Below, one piece after another: positions 61,894-64,000 of a DNA stretch of 64,000 nt (positions are counted from its first letter, which is position 1; each line of letters opens with the position of its first letter). The notes under the pieces were generated by a model. The model was not told the origin of the DNA, searched no databases, and was given only the letters and a program-made list of their open reading frames with translations. The DNA comes from Negaprion brevirostris (Eukaryota): contig JARDVH010000154.1 in assembly GCA_030324005.1 (NCBI GenBank), positions 30,268,212 to 30,332,211 of the forward strand, written 5' to 3'. The position numbers and the translations under genes were made by a program.

Positions 61894-64000
61894 CTTTTTA
61901 TTACTTTTTGTTACTTCAGTGTTTAGAGGTGGTTGCAGCTGTCCTGCAACTGACGTGCTAAGAATATGCATCCACTGAGATGTACATTAAAACACAAATA
62001 TATTAATTTTAAAATGACAGCTCCCACAGTGGCTTGGTTCATTAAGTATCCAGCTATATTCAGCTCACACATGATTCATATTCAAGGCTTTATCTCCGTA
62101 TGTTGCAAGAAACCATTCCCTGATCTGCAAGACTTCAAAAAGTTCAACAAATTAAGTTGCAGTATAAATTGAACATAAAGGCTCTAGTGGAAAACAATAT
62201 TTGATGTAGTTTACAGTGTCTGCTTCATGATTCCACTGACACAATCAAATTTTGATGATTCACTTTTTGTAGAAACTGCATATCGATAGATTCTGCCAGC
62301 TGTTTTGTATGGGAGAATCATGGTAAATTCTGGAATCATGTTGGAATTCTGGAACAGAATCGCATCTTATAGCTGGATGTGAGGGGAGAATGGTGGGGAA
62401 CATAAATTTTGGATTGTCTACAGAAATCTGTTTGCCACTGGCTCTCTTTTCCTGATGAGTCTTATTTTGGTGTTTGCTATTTGTGCCCTAGCCTATCCAC
62501 TGTATTGATATCACCTATTTCTCTTTGTGATACTTGTCACTCCCTTGATAACTGTGCCAAATTTTGAAATTATGTCAAATGTTATTTTTGTTACAACAGT
62601 GACATTTTGAGATTTGGCACTGCAACAATACTAGTAATGACTATGTCCTCAATTGCTCTGTCTCTGCTTGACTGCCTCATATCTTGAGTTGTTGGAGTAT
62701 TGACCATCTGTCCTTAAGCTTCAGAATGACTGCCTTCCATTCAGCCCCAGTATGTCATGGGGCTTTTTGGCAAGCAATAATATCCTTTACTCAAACCAGG
62801 AATGATATTTTTCTTTAGTTAGATTGATCTTGCACCTTACTTTGAGACATGTTTTAACGAACCAGAATACTGATCACACTATCAATAATTTCATTTCCCA
62901 AATGGATAAGTTTCAGTACCTGTAGCTAGTTAATGGAGTGCTGTGCCTCAGAAGTTGTAGGGACAGAACAAGAACATCTTGTATCTGCTATTTATTGCCT
63001 CAGTCTATGCATTAGATTATCTGCTGAATGGGGTAAGTTTGAAAATGTCATGTTTCGAGATGGGCCACAATGTGTGAACTTAATACCGAATAAGCAGATT
63101 TTGAAGTGAAATTTTGAATGAAATTTGTGACCGAAGAAGATTTTGGTGAAATATATTGCTGACAGGAATGGGTATGCAGAGAAATGCACAGCATTGATGG
63201 CCAGATTTGTATGATAGGAGATGTAGGTTCAAAAATTAATGCAACTAGTCAACAACTATATCTAACATTAGTTAGGCTTGCTCTTGCCCATTTATTCTGT
63301 GATGTTTTATGCTGCAGTAATTGGAATTGAGATGGAAATGTTGGGGTGTGATCTGCAGTGTATCAGGCTTTCTGTACATACAGGGCAAGCAACCATTCAT
63401 ACTGAAGGATTCAGAAATTAACAGTGCAAGGTGTTAACAAGGAAATGTAGATTGGATTCAGTGTCAAGTCAGGTACAGAGAATAAAGACACCATTAGGTT
63501 TAGAGAGAGAGGAACAAAGCAGAAGAAATGTAAAAAGTTTTTAATTTCTTAAAATATTCTGATAACTATTAAAACTTTAAGGAATGAAATGCCATCTAGA
63601 TGTTGTTTGTGTAGTGCATTTTCCAACAGCAGCTTAATTCTTCTGCTTAATCTCACATTTTCTTTTGCTTGAATTTGATGTGTTGTTTGCACTTGTATAG
63701 CAGTGAGTGTCCTTTAGTATATAGTGTTTGATTGCTCTGCCTTACCGTAATAGACCTCCTCTACAATTTGCATGAACCACATCTTCACATAGGATTCATA
63801 ACACAAAACCCAAGAGGTGAGGTTTATTTATTGGGATGAGTTAGTTTTTGTCACTCGGTCTAAGTAGAGGGACAGTACATTGAAACCATTGAACCTAATA
63901 TAGTGTGTGTGTTTTGTTTAAGCTACTTCCCAATATTTAAATTGGAACCAGTTTGACTTGTAAGAATACTGAGTTTTATGGAAAATCCTTTGTTAGACCA

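Overview
Repeat-rich vertebrate genomic DNA, most likely from a cartilaginous fish (shark), judging by abundant HE1-type V-SINEs, CR1/HER1-type LINE fragments, a SacSINE1/DeuSINE-like copy and Penelope-type tails. The window is internal to GPATCH8 (+ strand). Only two coding exons are visible: 40237-40304 ([23 protein letters not shown]) and 45107-45193 ([29 protein letters not shown]). The rest is intron, and none of the supplied ORFs is a real gene. Most notable: (1) a ~310-bp poly(A)-tailed element whose head is U2 snRNA nt 1-37, with a second copy of its 3' end at 10109-10176, i.e. a candidate snRNA-headed SINE family; (2) candidate stop-containing or frameshifting cassette (poison) exons in repeat-free parts of the intron upstream of the first visible exon, plus an RBFOX-motif-rich donor cluster; (3) a diverged duplication that preserves a CTCF-like motif, plus a divergently oriented CTCF-like motif; (4) Penelope-type hammerhead relics and several local templated duplications. 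Repeat boundaries are approximate, and family names come from recalled consensus sequences, not database searches.
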